NCBI GenBank assembly: GCA_000934665.2
Contig: KZ538532.1
Location: 1 to 64,000, forward strand
Source: Catajapyx aquilonaris
Lineage: Eukaryota
Direction: 5' to 3'
Length of the DNA: 64,000 bases
The translations under genes were made by a program, and so were the position numbers. Below the pieces are notes generated by a model, which did no database searches, was not told where the DNA came from, and was given only the letters and a program-made list of their open reading frames with translations. How positions within the stretch are numbered: position 1 is the first letter of the stretch; the number at the start of each line of letters is the position of its first letter. Shown here piece by piece: positions 13,399 to 23,382 of this stretch.

Positions 13399-14455
13399 CA
13401 TATGACCCCTTTACTTGACCTTTTTCCAATAGTAGCATTTTTATCTTAAAATTGTAGCCTGCAATTAATTAAATTAAATGGTAATTGTAGGGGCGGCAAA
13501 TTTTTGATCCGCCCCGGGTGCTTCTAAGCCTCGCTACGCCACTGCCTCTCCCTAAGGGACGTATCTTGAGACATAATCAGCTTTAACACATAAGCAACGC
13601 TTTTTTCGACATGGGTTCCTAGACAAAAAATTATCTACTCTGACCCGTCCACAAGCTCCAATAGTTTCAAGTAGGAATTTGCCTATACTCTGTCTATGGG
13701 ATGTGACCTAGAAAACATAATGTGCTTTAACATGTAAACAACGCATTTCCAGGCACAGATTCTTTGGCAAAAAGTGATCTACTCTGACCCCTACACAAGC
13801 TCTAGGAGTAACGTATCTGATAGGAATTCATTTACACCCTGTATAATCCATCCCCCCCCCTCCCCCAACCCAGTCCTTGGTCAATAGTTTTAAAAGCATA
13901 AAATCAAAAGTCCAGAGTCTAGTGTAATGACATCACGATGTAAGCTGGTGTAAGTGAGCCTTACACCACTTGTATCCAACCTTGCACTTTCCAATTCATG
14001 CTTGCACCATGGCTTAAACCAAAATAAATGAATGCAGTGTACCTAAGCCATGCCCCTGCACTGTAGCCTAATAAATGTATGCAGTGCTTACACTCCTGTT
14101 ACACCAGCAATATCTTAGGCAAGGACACCAAATGTTCTTGAAGCAATCAATATTTTTATTGACAAACTCATTTTGTACTTGCTTGTCCTCAACACCATGG
14201 TCAGACACATGGGCATATTTTTACAGCACTGTAATTAAACAGCTGGGCAGTACAAGGAACTGTAATCGACTACATAGTTGACACTGACAACTGTTCCCCC
14301 CCCCCCCNCCCTGCATACACACAATGTAATTTTTGGACGATCCCCTAATGTAAACTCAAACTGCTAAGAGAAAAGGAATCCCTCACGATTTTGGTCCTGT
14401 CCGGTGAAAATGAGTGATCCTTGCGGAGATCTTCTACGTTGAAGGCATCTGACAT
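581..14455 (-). CDS. Multi-exon gene: IFT46-like acidic N-terminus fused to a Cys/His tandem-repeat region
   Basis: Phase-compatible GT-AG exons: 14455-14387 (MSDAFNVEDL...TKI), 11507-11292 (VENPIGAGHDESVDAVNADIIKTP...), 7174-7055, [6828-6754, ends in TAG], 3811-3654 (...DEDDDEDIRAAHVEG, phase 2), 3104-2096 (repeat exon), 2044-1937, putative last exon 715-581. HDESVD..NADII.TP and an acidic tract ending in EG recall the IFT46 N-terminus. The 3' exons are uncertain. Confidence 0.55.
1277..1872. mobile_element. Mariner-derived foldback element (both ends derived from the transposase 3' end)
   Basis: + strand ORF ends ...HFSDHEKVKHAILHWLHSQPDTFFCSGMGKLVSWWDKCITMYADYIEK* (mariner C-terminus), followed by TIR ttactttttgattcaccctcgTA. 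1277-~1487 is a diverged reverse complement of ~1670-1872. Confidence 0.8.
2365..2930 (-). repeat. Coding tandem repeat, 117-bp/39-aa unit, ~5 copies
   Basis: Anchor motif recurs at 2446, 2563, 2680, 2797 (117-bp period) and 2896; peptide unit ~ALxSVEASERHxCxxxxCxxCNPxxxxxxYPFxNVxKxx. Confidence 0.85.
4323..4710 (+). mobile_element. tRNA-derived SINE (family A), diverged copy with (ATT)n tail
   Basis: Degenerate A/B boxes (ggtttgatccc), body similar to the copies at 10789/50324/57215, long ATT microsatellite tail. Confidence 0.7.
4758..5483. mobile_element. Tc1/mariner-type foldback MITE with ~250-bp inverted arms
   Basis: taggggtgtccaaatgaaaagg ... ccttttcatttggatacccc(a)ta; arms ~4758-5012 vs ~5205-5483; TA flanks. 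Confidence 0.75.
6461..6626. mobile_element. Palindromic MITE, TA TSD
   Basis: TAcagtgttggacattaatcgagtcatactgctag ... ctagcagtatgactcgattaatgtccaacactgTA. Confidence 0.8.
9355..9680. mobile_element. Inverted-repeat MITE
   Basis: ctccgattcacataag...cccgaggggtcgg mirrored by ccgacccctcggg...cttatgtgaatcggag. Confidence 0.6.
10252..10507. mobile_element. PIF/Harbinger-like palindromic MITE
   Basis: ttaggctg...taaggaataacaaccttgagaactgtgccagacgaatttgctgaaat mirrored by atttcagcaaattcgtctggcacagttcccaaggttgttattcctta...cagcctaa. Confidence 0.75.
10789..11145 (+). mobile_element. tRNA-derived SINE (family A)
   Basis: A box tggcgctgcagtaacg, B box ggttcgatccc, (TATTA)n tail, 13-bp TSD atagtgttttcca at 10776-10788 and 11146-11158. 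Confidence 0.85.
12309..13544 (+). mobile_element. Degenerate hAT transposon 3' portion (transposase C-terminal dimerization-domain remnant), with nested retro-insertions
   Basis: Broken reading frame ...SVAS...KLKLIQNYLRSTM...RLGNLAILSNEQE...IDFDSVISDFAAQKGRKV at ~12745-12940; terminal cgctacgccactg at 13544 is typical of a hAT TIR. Confidence 0.7.
12971..13391 (+). mobile_element. tRNA-derived SINE (family B)
   Basis: tggccgagatggtaacg A box, ggttcgatccc B box, (AAT)n tail, 14-bp TSD aaataaacatatga at 12957-12970 and 13392-13405; homologous to the 44411 copy. Confidence 0.85.
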
Positions 14456-14480
14456 ATCACTCTGGGCTTATACTTGCTTG

Positions 14481-14494
14481 GTTGCTTCGGTGAC
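14481..14494. promoter_or_regulatory. Candidate RFX X-box upstream of the IFT46-like gene
   Basis: GTTGCT-TC-GGTGAC fits the insect X-box consensus GYTRYY-N1-3-RRHRAC, about 25 bp upstream of the ATG at 14455. Confidence 0.45.
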
Positions 14495-15073
14495 AGACCA
14501 TTCCCCCAGCTCCCCCTCAAATAGTACCCCTAATCGATTCCAAACGATTCCAACCACGGATTCCAACTGTCATGGCGGGAGCAGAAAGGTTCTATCTGCT
14601 ATGCTTAGTGCTCACGGCCGTGTTTACTAATAACCGCTAATAACTAGTGATGTGACAAATGAAACGTAACAGTTACGTAGTGATGAGAAAATTGGGGTGC
14701 ATTATTGCTTTGAATCTGATTGTTTCCGCCTTGAGAGAGAGAGTAGGGGTGTCAGAACCACTATTCTAAGACCTATAAGACCATGGTCAGAACAGGCTAG
14801 GTGAAGTGGCCATAATTGATGGGCTTCACATGCCTACCTCCCTTCAATACATTGAAAGACTATGCGTCGCGACGGGTCTGGGATGATCCAGCAGCATGTT
14901 CGGTTGACATGCGAATTATTTATAAATTTGCATTTAAAAATATTGTGAATAATTTTACATTAAAAAATTAATATTGTTACATACTCATTGTTTTTGTTTG
15001 CAGTTCCAGTTTTTTCCCCCCAAATAAATATGTCGATCTGGCAACATTGCTCTTCAAATTCGAACGGCATTCA

Positions 15074-15197
15074 ACGTACGAGATTCTCGCATACGAGGAG
15101 CCGCGAGGAGCCAACTGCGCATGCCCAGATACGAGAAAGTATCTGGGCATGCGCAGTTGGCTCCTCGCGGCTCCTCGTATGCGAGATTCTCGTACGT
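15074..15197. repeat. Near-perfect GC-rich hairpin (59-bp arms, 6-nt loop)
   Basis: Arms 15074-15132 and 15139-15197 with one mismatch; loop gagaaa. Confidence 0.9.
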
Positions 15198-15339
15198 GGA
15201 TACCGGCCTTAAGAAAGGGAAACGAAAAAACTTCTGCTCAACGTTTCGATCTTCTGGGTGCCGGTACTGGACACAGGAAGGTACAAAAAGGGGTCTACAT
15301 ACCCACATAACATTACACGCACTTGTATAAGGGAAAAAA

Positions 15340-16820
15340 GTGTGTTTGTCTGTCCATGGCAACCCAAAATCGGGACAGACAAACAAAAACCTATGTTGAA
15401 TAACATTACCCATGGAAAGAGCCTAGTTTTTTTTTGCCCGTTTGCTTGTCCATGGCAACCCAAATCTGGACAGTCAAACAGACTTGTTGATGACATTGCT
15501 CTATGGATATATGTATTATAGTTTCTCTGTCCATGGCAACCAAACCATGGACAAACATGCAGACAAACTTGTTGATTACCTTGCCAATGGAAACAGATGC
15601 CTTTATGGCTGTTTGTTTGTCCATGGCAAACCAAGTCTGAACGAACAAACTGTTGATCACGTTACCCATGGAAGTTTGTCCATGGCAACCAAACCCTGGA
15701 CAAACGAATGGTAAGGGTGCAGTTTAGAGCCGCAAAAGTCTTCCAGGTTTCTATATATTTTCTGAATCTACTCGATGAGATGAGTCGAATGACACTATTC
15801 CTAGTGTGCGGAAATGCTTGGTGCAAGAGTAATTGAATTTTGAAATTGCAAGTAATAACAATGAATAAATGAAAATAAACAAGTGTTCCTTTGTTGAAAT
15901 AGTTTACTCCCATTGTTGAGTGAATGAATATCCATGGTAATTTTAAACGTAGCTTGGGGGTTGTGTGTTCGCAGAAATACTGTCCGCCTTGTGGTGGCGT
16001 AGATGTGGGTGTTGCGGATGTGGATGTGGCAAAGCCACAATAACGTTCGTAGGCCTGCGGCGCCACAAGACGGACAGTAAATGTTGCGGATACAGAAACC
16101 CACAATAAGCACCCAGCTCCGCTATCGCTCCGCAAAAACTAAAAATATCACGCACAGGCGACGTACCGTGCCTGGCGGGGCCACAAGACGGACAGTACTG
16201 GTGCGGTCACTCCAACGCCTCACAGATAACACCAACACAATCAGAGTGGGGCATGCCTTGAGTAAAAGCCCAGGAGATACCAAGCAACCTCCCTCATTAC
16301 TTCCAGGAAGGCTTGCCCAATATTATTCCTGATAAGCACCGATGCAATGCCTCGGCCACAAATGCTCCTGAATGATGTTAAATTAAACTCCTACACTCTC
16401 GTTCTATGTCCAACGAACCAAGAACAACCGTTTATTTACATCCTTCAGCATCTCTCACAGCACGCTGCCATGGAATCTCTCACGTTTCCACGGAGAATCA
16501 CCTGACGCAACAATGGGAGTGAACAGTCTCAACAAAGGAACACTTGTTTACTTTCATTTTATTCATTGTTATTACTTGCAATTTCAAAATTCAATTACTC
16601 TTGCACCAAGCATTTCCGCACACTAGGAATAGTGTCATTCGACTCAGCTCATCGAGTAGATTCAGAAAATGTATAGAAACCTGCAAGATTTTTGCGGCTC
16701 TAAACTGCACCCAAGCCAAACGAACAAACAGTTAATTACCTTACCCATGGAAACAACCTTGTCTGTCTGTCCATGGCAACCGAGTCTGGACAAACAAACA
16801 AACTGTTGATGATATATTTG
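15340..16820. repeat. Degenerate ~60-95-bp minisatellite with repeated gtccatggcaac / ttacccatggaa motifs, interrupted by a TIR element
   Basis: Motif gtccatggcaa at ~15352, 15448, 15529, 15619, 15678 and again ~16769, after the 15715-16712 insertion. Confidence 0.75.
15715..16712. mobile_element. Non-autonomous DNA element with ~205-bp terminal inverted repeats
   Basis: gggtgcagtttagagccgcaaaa...cccattgttg (15715-15918) mirrored at 16508-16712; no clear TSD; superfamily unassigned. Confidence 0.8.
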
Positions 16821-16872
16821 CCCATCAGAACAGGCTTACTCCTAATCCATGCTGATTAATTGCAGGTTGAGG

Positions 16873-17753
16873 ATGAAGGGGAGCAAGATGGGTGGTGTTA
16901 CTGGGATGCTGGTGCGTGTCGGATGCGTGAGTGCGGCGTACTTGACATTCCGCATTGTGAAGAGGTGGTTGGCACGGAGGAAGAAGCGGGAGGCAAGAAA
17001 GGAGAGGACGGCCAGGAGGAAGGAGGCGGAGAAGGCCAGGAGGGAGCAGGAGAGGGAGTATGGCGTGGGGGTGATCCCCATGGAGTATGCCATGTTCTTC
17101 CCATGCATCGGGAAGCCGGAGTGGGGCTTCAAGGAGGAGGTGGACATCGACATGACTCCCTTCATACACCAGGCGGACCACATTGTGTATGATCCGCATT
17201 GACGTATCACTTGCACATATCTAATCGATTCCTTTGCAGGACCATTATCGGCTTCCTGGATCGGACAGAGAAGACGCTGGACATCTGCATGTACATCATT
17301 ACCCATACCCTGCTGAGCGACGCCACTATTCGCGCCAAGAAGAGGGGAGTTGAAGTGCGGATCATCACAGAGTACGACCACGTCACTGCCACCAAGTCGC
17401 AGGTGCCGCGTTTTATCGAAGCAGGTGGGTCTGAGGATGGCTTACATGCCGCTGATTGAGGGAAAAGACAGCTTGTTGTTATATAAAGTGATCTTTACAT
17501 TCCAGGTATACCCGTGGCAACTAAGAAAGGGTCGTACATCATGCATAACAAGTTTGTGATAATGGACGGAAAGTACTGCATGATGGGCTCCCTGAACTGG
17601 ACCAACCAAGCCATCTACGGGAACTGGGACCACTGCCTGATCTCCAACAACAGGCTGCACGTCGGCCTGATGCAGGGGGTCTTCAAGTCCCTTTGGGACG
17701 AGTTCCAAGGCGGAGGAGACTGTGACGCTCCAACCTTAGAAGAAGGCCTGTGA
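16873..17753 (+). CDS. zuc: Zucchini/PLD6 (mitoPLD)-family HKD phospholipase D/nuclease, divergent, ~248 aa
   Basis: Exons 16873-17186, 17240-17424, 17506-17753 (GT-AG introns of 53 and 81 nt; total 747 nt in frame). N-terminal hydrophobic anchor plus basic residues; LDICMY, RGVEVRIIT, SQ...AGIPV, HNKFVIMD (HxKxxxxD), GSLNWT, GNW, F..LW. Orthology versus paralogy is unresolved. Confidence 0.85.
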
Positions 17754-18520
17754 CATGCATTGCATGCTGAAGAAATCCATGTATCTGAAAGAGCATTAAA
17801 GTCAAAACCATGGATGTACCTGAAAGATAACGTATGTCCTCTCAGTGTTTCTGATTACCAATTTCACAGGATTCAATAGTAATGTTGATGGCCACTATTA
17901 AAAATACTGGCACGGGACAGTAATTATCAGTTTAAAAAAAAAAAAAAACAGTCTCGACTGCAAAGTAACAATATTTTCAGAGAATTTTCTATTACAGATT
18001 TGCATTGCAGTAATTCGTATTCTTTTTAAAATGCGCTCCAAGCAGATACGGGAAGATAATTAAACTTATGTACAAGTAGAACATGTTAAGCAACATTTTG
18101 TGTTTTCATGTTTTAAAATGTATTTTTTATTCAGGTGAAAGGAATTCTTTGACAGGTACCCTTCAATAATTACGTACATTCAATAATAATTGAATAATTT
18201 TTTTGAACAATAATAACTGCAAATCATTTGCTACACTCACATGTTAGCTTGAATTGATTATGGGTTGGAAACATTCTACAAAATTAAAGTAATTTAAGGA
18301 GGAGAGGATAGTAAGAAAATAATTTCAAGATGTAATGTAATGTATACAATTAATGTAATTTAAGTAAGAAGTAGGGGACACACACCCATGGTCTCGTGTG
18401 GAGAGGTCGACCTTTCTATCTGCTCCTGCTACCTATCTACCCAAGTGAGTGGCCCATTTTTTCCCTCCCTGGACTTTCCGGGATTATCACTGCACAAAGT
18501 GATCGGAACTTAAGGTTGCG

Positions 18521-19399
18521 ATGGCGACACTTACATCTGCAGACCTGTTGGCAGACTTCGAGACGTTGAAGAAGGATCTGAGGGGGGAAAGAGGTCAGGA
18601 CGTAGCCAAATGTACAGACGATCTTTCGGCAAAATGGGAGTCCAGTTTTTCCCTAATCAAGTCTGAACTGCTGTCAGACCGGTCAGCCATAAAGGAGCTG
18701 AAAAAGGAAAACCTCTATCTCAAAACAGCGATGGATACAATGCAAACACGACTGGTCCAGATGGAAAACCAATCAAGGCGCTGTAACCTGGTTTTCTACG
18801 GAATACAGGACACTCTAGGTGAGACGTGGGGTGAAACGGAGGCTAAAGTACGCAAGATCATCGTAGAATACAAGTTACACTACCAACCTGAAGAAATCGA
18901 ATTCCAGCGAGTTCATCGGCTGGGACGGAGGGTTGGCAAGAGGGCAGTGGTAGCACTTCTGCTCCGGTACAAAGATAAGGAAACCATCCTACATAGCGCA
19001 CGCAACCTCCGAGGGTCGAATTTGAGTGTAAGTGAGGATTTTGCTCAAGAGACCTGGAATGCCAGGTGCGAGTTGATGCCCTACTTGCTAGACGCGAAGA
19101 AAAATAACAAGACGAGGGCCCACATAAGTCTGGATACTTTGGTGGTGGAGAGTGTGCCGTACCGTATGTACAACAGTGAGCTGCTGCGTTGTGACAGGCA
19201 AACATCGGAAGGGCTGACGACGGAGCCGAGAGGATTAGCAGCCGGAAAGCGCCAACTATCGGTATCACCCATGGGCCCCCAAAAGCAAGCCAAACAAGCA
19301 TCCTCACCAAGTGCAGGAACATCATCCCAGCCCCAGTTACCTGATCCTGCAGAGATGTCATCGGTGGACGAGAACGAAGCTCAAAAGGAAAGAAATTAA
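18521..19399 (+). CDS. LINE ORF1 protein (coiled coil + L1-type RRM/CTD)
   Basis: Intact 292-aa ORF: coiled coil, then ENQSRRCNLVFYGI..., RVHRLG, LLRYKDKETIL, VSEDF motifs. Confidence 0.85.
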   Translation: MATLTSADLLADFETLKKDLRGERGQDVAKCTDDLSAKWESSFSLIKSELLSDRSAIKELKKENLYLKTAMDTMQTRLVQMENQSRRCNLVFYGIQDTLGETWGETEAKVRKIIVEYKLHYQPEEIEFQRVHRLGRRVGKRAVVALLLRYKDKETILHSARNLRGSNLSVSEDFAQETWNARCELMPYLLDAKKNNKTRAHISLDTLVVESVPYRMYNSELLRCDRQTSEGLTTEPRGLAAGKRQLSVSPMGPQKQAKQASSPSAGTSSQPQLPDPAEMSSVDENEAQKERN

Positions 19400-19519
19400 T
19401 CGATCATATGGCCGGTGTTACGTAAGCAGCATCCAACCCAACCCACCATCACCGAATGAGGGGCAGGGGGATGAACAAATGCAAGTGAGTGGCGGAACCC
19501 TGGGAGCAAAAGGTTTGGT

Positions 19520-22500
19520 GTGGGGAAAGTGATGTGTGAAGTTCCGGGGTTTTGCCAATCGCAGCATCCTAGCAACGGTTTGTGTGTAAACGAGCCTAAG
19601 ATCAGTGTTTCATTTAAGTGCAGCAGTGAAGTTGAGATGTGTATCAGTGAGCAGTCAAATTCCGTATTTGAATGCCCAAGTGCTATGTGCATGGTGGAGC
19701 CCAAGGTCGTGAAAAGGAGAAGTGCTGTGCAAAGTACGGTGCAAAATGCGGAAACTCAATTTTCTATTATGTCATGGAACATTGCTGGCCTTAAAATTGC
19801 AGCAGCGTGGAGTGCTGCTCTTACAATAAACCATAACCCCCAGATTGTTGGTTTCTTAGAAACATGGGCAGAAGAGAGATTACATCTCCCCTGGTTATCG
19901 GACCCTTTTATTTTTTTTCAATCTACGGCCAAAAGATTATCCAAATATGGCCGTGCTTCTGGTGGCCTGTTACTGATTGTGAACAAATTCCTTAACCCAA
20001 AGGTGATATCGTCTGATGACAACCATATTGGTATTGAATACATTTATTACACTGGTTTACGTTACCTTTTTTTTAAATCTATGTCCCACCTGCTCTTTCT
20101 TTAACTAAGGTTTTTGCCCCTCGGATAAATTTTTTGTATGTGGCCTCTGAAAAAAATGACCCAGTTATTCTATCAGGCGATATAAATGCCAGGACTGCAA
20201 GTGGGTCGGGAACCCTTTTGACTACTGATTTCTGTAACATCGCAAAATCTTCGTCATATATCCGTAGCTCAAAGGATGTCAAAGTTAACGCCAAAGGCAG
20301 AGAATTATTAGAATTCATGGAGAAATTTTCCTATTCTATCCTCAATGGTACAACGCCATCAGATTATCCTGGATCCTATACCTTTCTAAACAAAACTGGC
20401 CAGAGTACAGTTGATTATATAATGGTAACCCAAAATCTTATCTCTTCCTGTTTAGACTTCGAAGTACATCCTGGTCTGAATCGGACCATTTCTTAATAGA
20501 AGGTATTTTCTCCCTACAAACATCTTCCATTCAACACCCACTTCGATTGGACGATCGATTAATCACACCGGAAGAGGGTTTTGATTTTTTGGAACCTGAC
20601 CTAAATTTTGTGTTAACTGCCTTTAACCCCGAATTGACCCATTTGAATTCAATAAGTAGATTTAATGACACTATATACGCAGTATTGCGGGATTTTGGTT
20701 TGTTGATACAACCCGCCCCTAGGAATTTGAATAATTTCAGGATCAGAAAAGCCCCATGGTTTGACGCTGATTTAGTTGAGGAAAAGAGACTAGTCAATTC
20801 GCTACTTACGAAGACAGTCTTATATAACGAGTAAAAAAAGCTTTAAAAACCGGGTGAAGGCAAAGAAACGATACTATTACGCCGTCACTTTGCGGAATCA
20901 ACTTACTCATCCTCAATCTGCAACCAGCTTTTGGAAAATTATTAAATCCACAAGTGCTTTGTATACCTCTATTAAATTGGACTCGGCTATTTGGTGGCAA
21001 CATTTAAAAGCACAAAACCCAGCGCCAAATTTAATATCATTTACCACCACCCCAACCACCCCACCATCTATAAATGCAGATCCGGATCTAGACAAGCCAC
21101 TTACTTTATTAGAATTTCAGCGTGCTATTAAAAAACTAAGATCAAAATCCGCCCCTGGTCCTGACAATATTTCAAATGCAATTATCTCATCTAAATCTGA
21201 TTCCCTCAAAAACGCTTTATTTCAAATTTTTTGTTCATCTTGGGAAAAAAAATTTGTTACCAAATGATTAGGCATCCACAAAAATTATCCCAATCTACAA
21301 ATCGGGAATCAGATCGAACCCACTGAATTACAGGCCAATCGCACTGTTCAATAACACTTTTAAATTATTTACATCAATTCTTCTTCATAGAATTCAAATC
21401 TGGGCCGAAAAGAAGAATGTGATACCAGACTGGCAGGCTGGTTTCCGCCAAGGTCGTGGGTGCCTTGATCATATCTTTACTCTTCAAGTATTAATCCAGA
21501 TCGAGATATATATTCCGTCCAAAAGGAAAATTATATGCCACCTTTATTGATCTTTCCAAAGCTTTCGATTCAATCAATCATGTCTTACTTTTTGATAAAC
21601 TTCACAGCCTGGGACTGAGTTATAAGATGGTGACTTTTTTGCAACACATCTATAGCAAAATGGAAATTGTAAATGTTACTGGTACTCGTGAAAAGATAAG
21701 CATTAAAACAGGTCTGCCGCAAGGTGAATCGTTGAGTCCTACACTCTTTAACCTATATTTATCTGATTTAGTTACACATTTTACTGAACCACGGAGCCAC
21801 GGAGGTATACTTTGGCCTCGGTCAGGTTGACATTCTTGTTCTAGCTTACGCTGATGATTTGATTTTACTTACTGATAATCCACTATACCTTCAATGTAAT
21901 TTGAACATCCTAATAGATTATTTTTCGTTAAATAAACTGAATATTAATTTAGACAAAACCAAGATAATGTGCTTTAGGAGAGGAGGTAGACACCCAAATA
22001 GGACCTTTTGGTGGGGCAAAGAAAAAATGCTCATGACCTCCTCGTACACCTATTTGAGTGTCCCTTTCACAACTTCCGGCAGCTCAAAGTCGGCCGCAGA
22101 TCTCTCAAAAACAAAATCAATGCAGGCAATAAATTCAATCTGGCCAACCTTAATCAAATTGAAAATTTGTGATCTGAAAATTGCAACTAAATTATTTAAT
22201 TCTCATATTAAACCAGTCTTGTCATATGGTGCGCAGATCTGGGGCCCACGTCAGTCCGAAACGCTGGTACAAGTTCAATGTGCTTTTTTAAGGAAATTTT
22301 TAAGCCTCCCGAGATCTGCGGCCACACATTTCGTCTTTCTAGGAACGGCTGAAACCCCAATTAGTATTTTTCTATTAAAACAAATAACAAAATTTATAAT
22401 TAAGCTCGAAACAATGCACGACGAAAGAATTATGAAAGCGGCGTATGTTTACTCGAAGCAAGCTGCTTTGAAATTACCGCCGAAGGCTGCAAATTGGGTC

Positions 22501-23010
22501 AGATCCTGTACTGCTTTTTTCGACTCACTAAATGTCAAATGGGATGATTTGATATCCAATCCCAGCCAAACGTTGCAAACAGCTGAGGAATTCCAACAAA
22601 ACCTTTTTCTGGATCGGTTGTCTAATACGAAAAGATACATATATTACAAACAATACAAAACAACATATGCTCAAGAGACATATTTCTCTATTGACTTGCC
22701 TTTGCCCATGCTCAGAATGTACATAAACTTACGAAATATGTCAACCTTTATCCCGATAAAAGCTGGCGTGGGAATAAGACTCAGTGATGATATTTGTGAT
22801 TGGTGTAATCTAAACTGCTCTTTTGACTTATATCATATGCTCTTTGAATGTTTAATATTTAATACGCCACGCACCATATACCTTCACACTTTTCCTCGTT
22901 TTCCTCCTAACCAACTCTCTTCTTTTTTTATGAATGTATCGAGACTACAAATCTTTCAAATTCATCAATACCTGTCCAATGTCCATAAGCACATGATACA
23001 CTGTTACTGA
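19520..23010 (+). pseudogene. LINE ORF2 (AP endonuclease + reverse transcriptase), disrupted by several frameshifts
   Basis: SWNIAGL, LETW, GDINAR, VDYI, SDH (APE); APGPDNI, NYRPIAL, QAGFR, GLPQGESLSPTLFNLY, YADD (~21847-21858); CDWC..HMLFEC; breaks near 20070, 20475, 20832, 21260, 21520, 21810. Confidence 0.88.
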
Positions 23011-23382
23011 CAACCCACCTCTGATTAACTGTTCATGGTGTATTTTCTTTTTCTCTCTTCTTTCTTTTTTGAGTATTTCCTGTAAACTTATGTGTGTGTG
23101 TGTGTGTCCCCAAAAAGGCCCATGGCCCTACGAACTGGGTATGAAAAATAAAATAAAATAAAAATAAAATAAAGTAAGAAGTAGGATAGGCAGAAAATAA
23201 TTTCAAAATTTATGGGATTAGCTAAGTATGTTTCATAGATTCTTTTTAAAAACCTCTATAAATGGCCTTGACCTCTACCCTTCCTTGGGCCACCTACTAC
23301 CCTACAGTGAACTACTTGAAAATCAGGCTGAAAATCATTTAGGTGTGAATAGCGTATTACTTGCACAAGTGCTACACCCAAT

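Larger units (their letters stand above)
18376..23171 (+). mobile_element. Full-length non-LTR retrotransposon (LINE, probably RTE-X-like), ORF2 frameshifted
   Basis: 14-bp TSD aagtaagaagtagg at 18362-18375 and 23172-23185; (TAAAA)n tail; ORF1 + APE + RT + C-terminal CCHC. Confidence 0.9.

Noticed and set aside
16825..17381. Minus-strand ORFs over the zuc-like gene
   Set aside because: Antisense shadows of GC-rich coding sequence with no recognisable motifs
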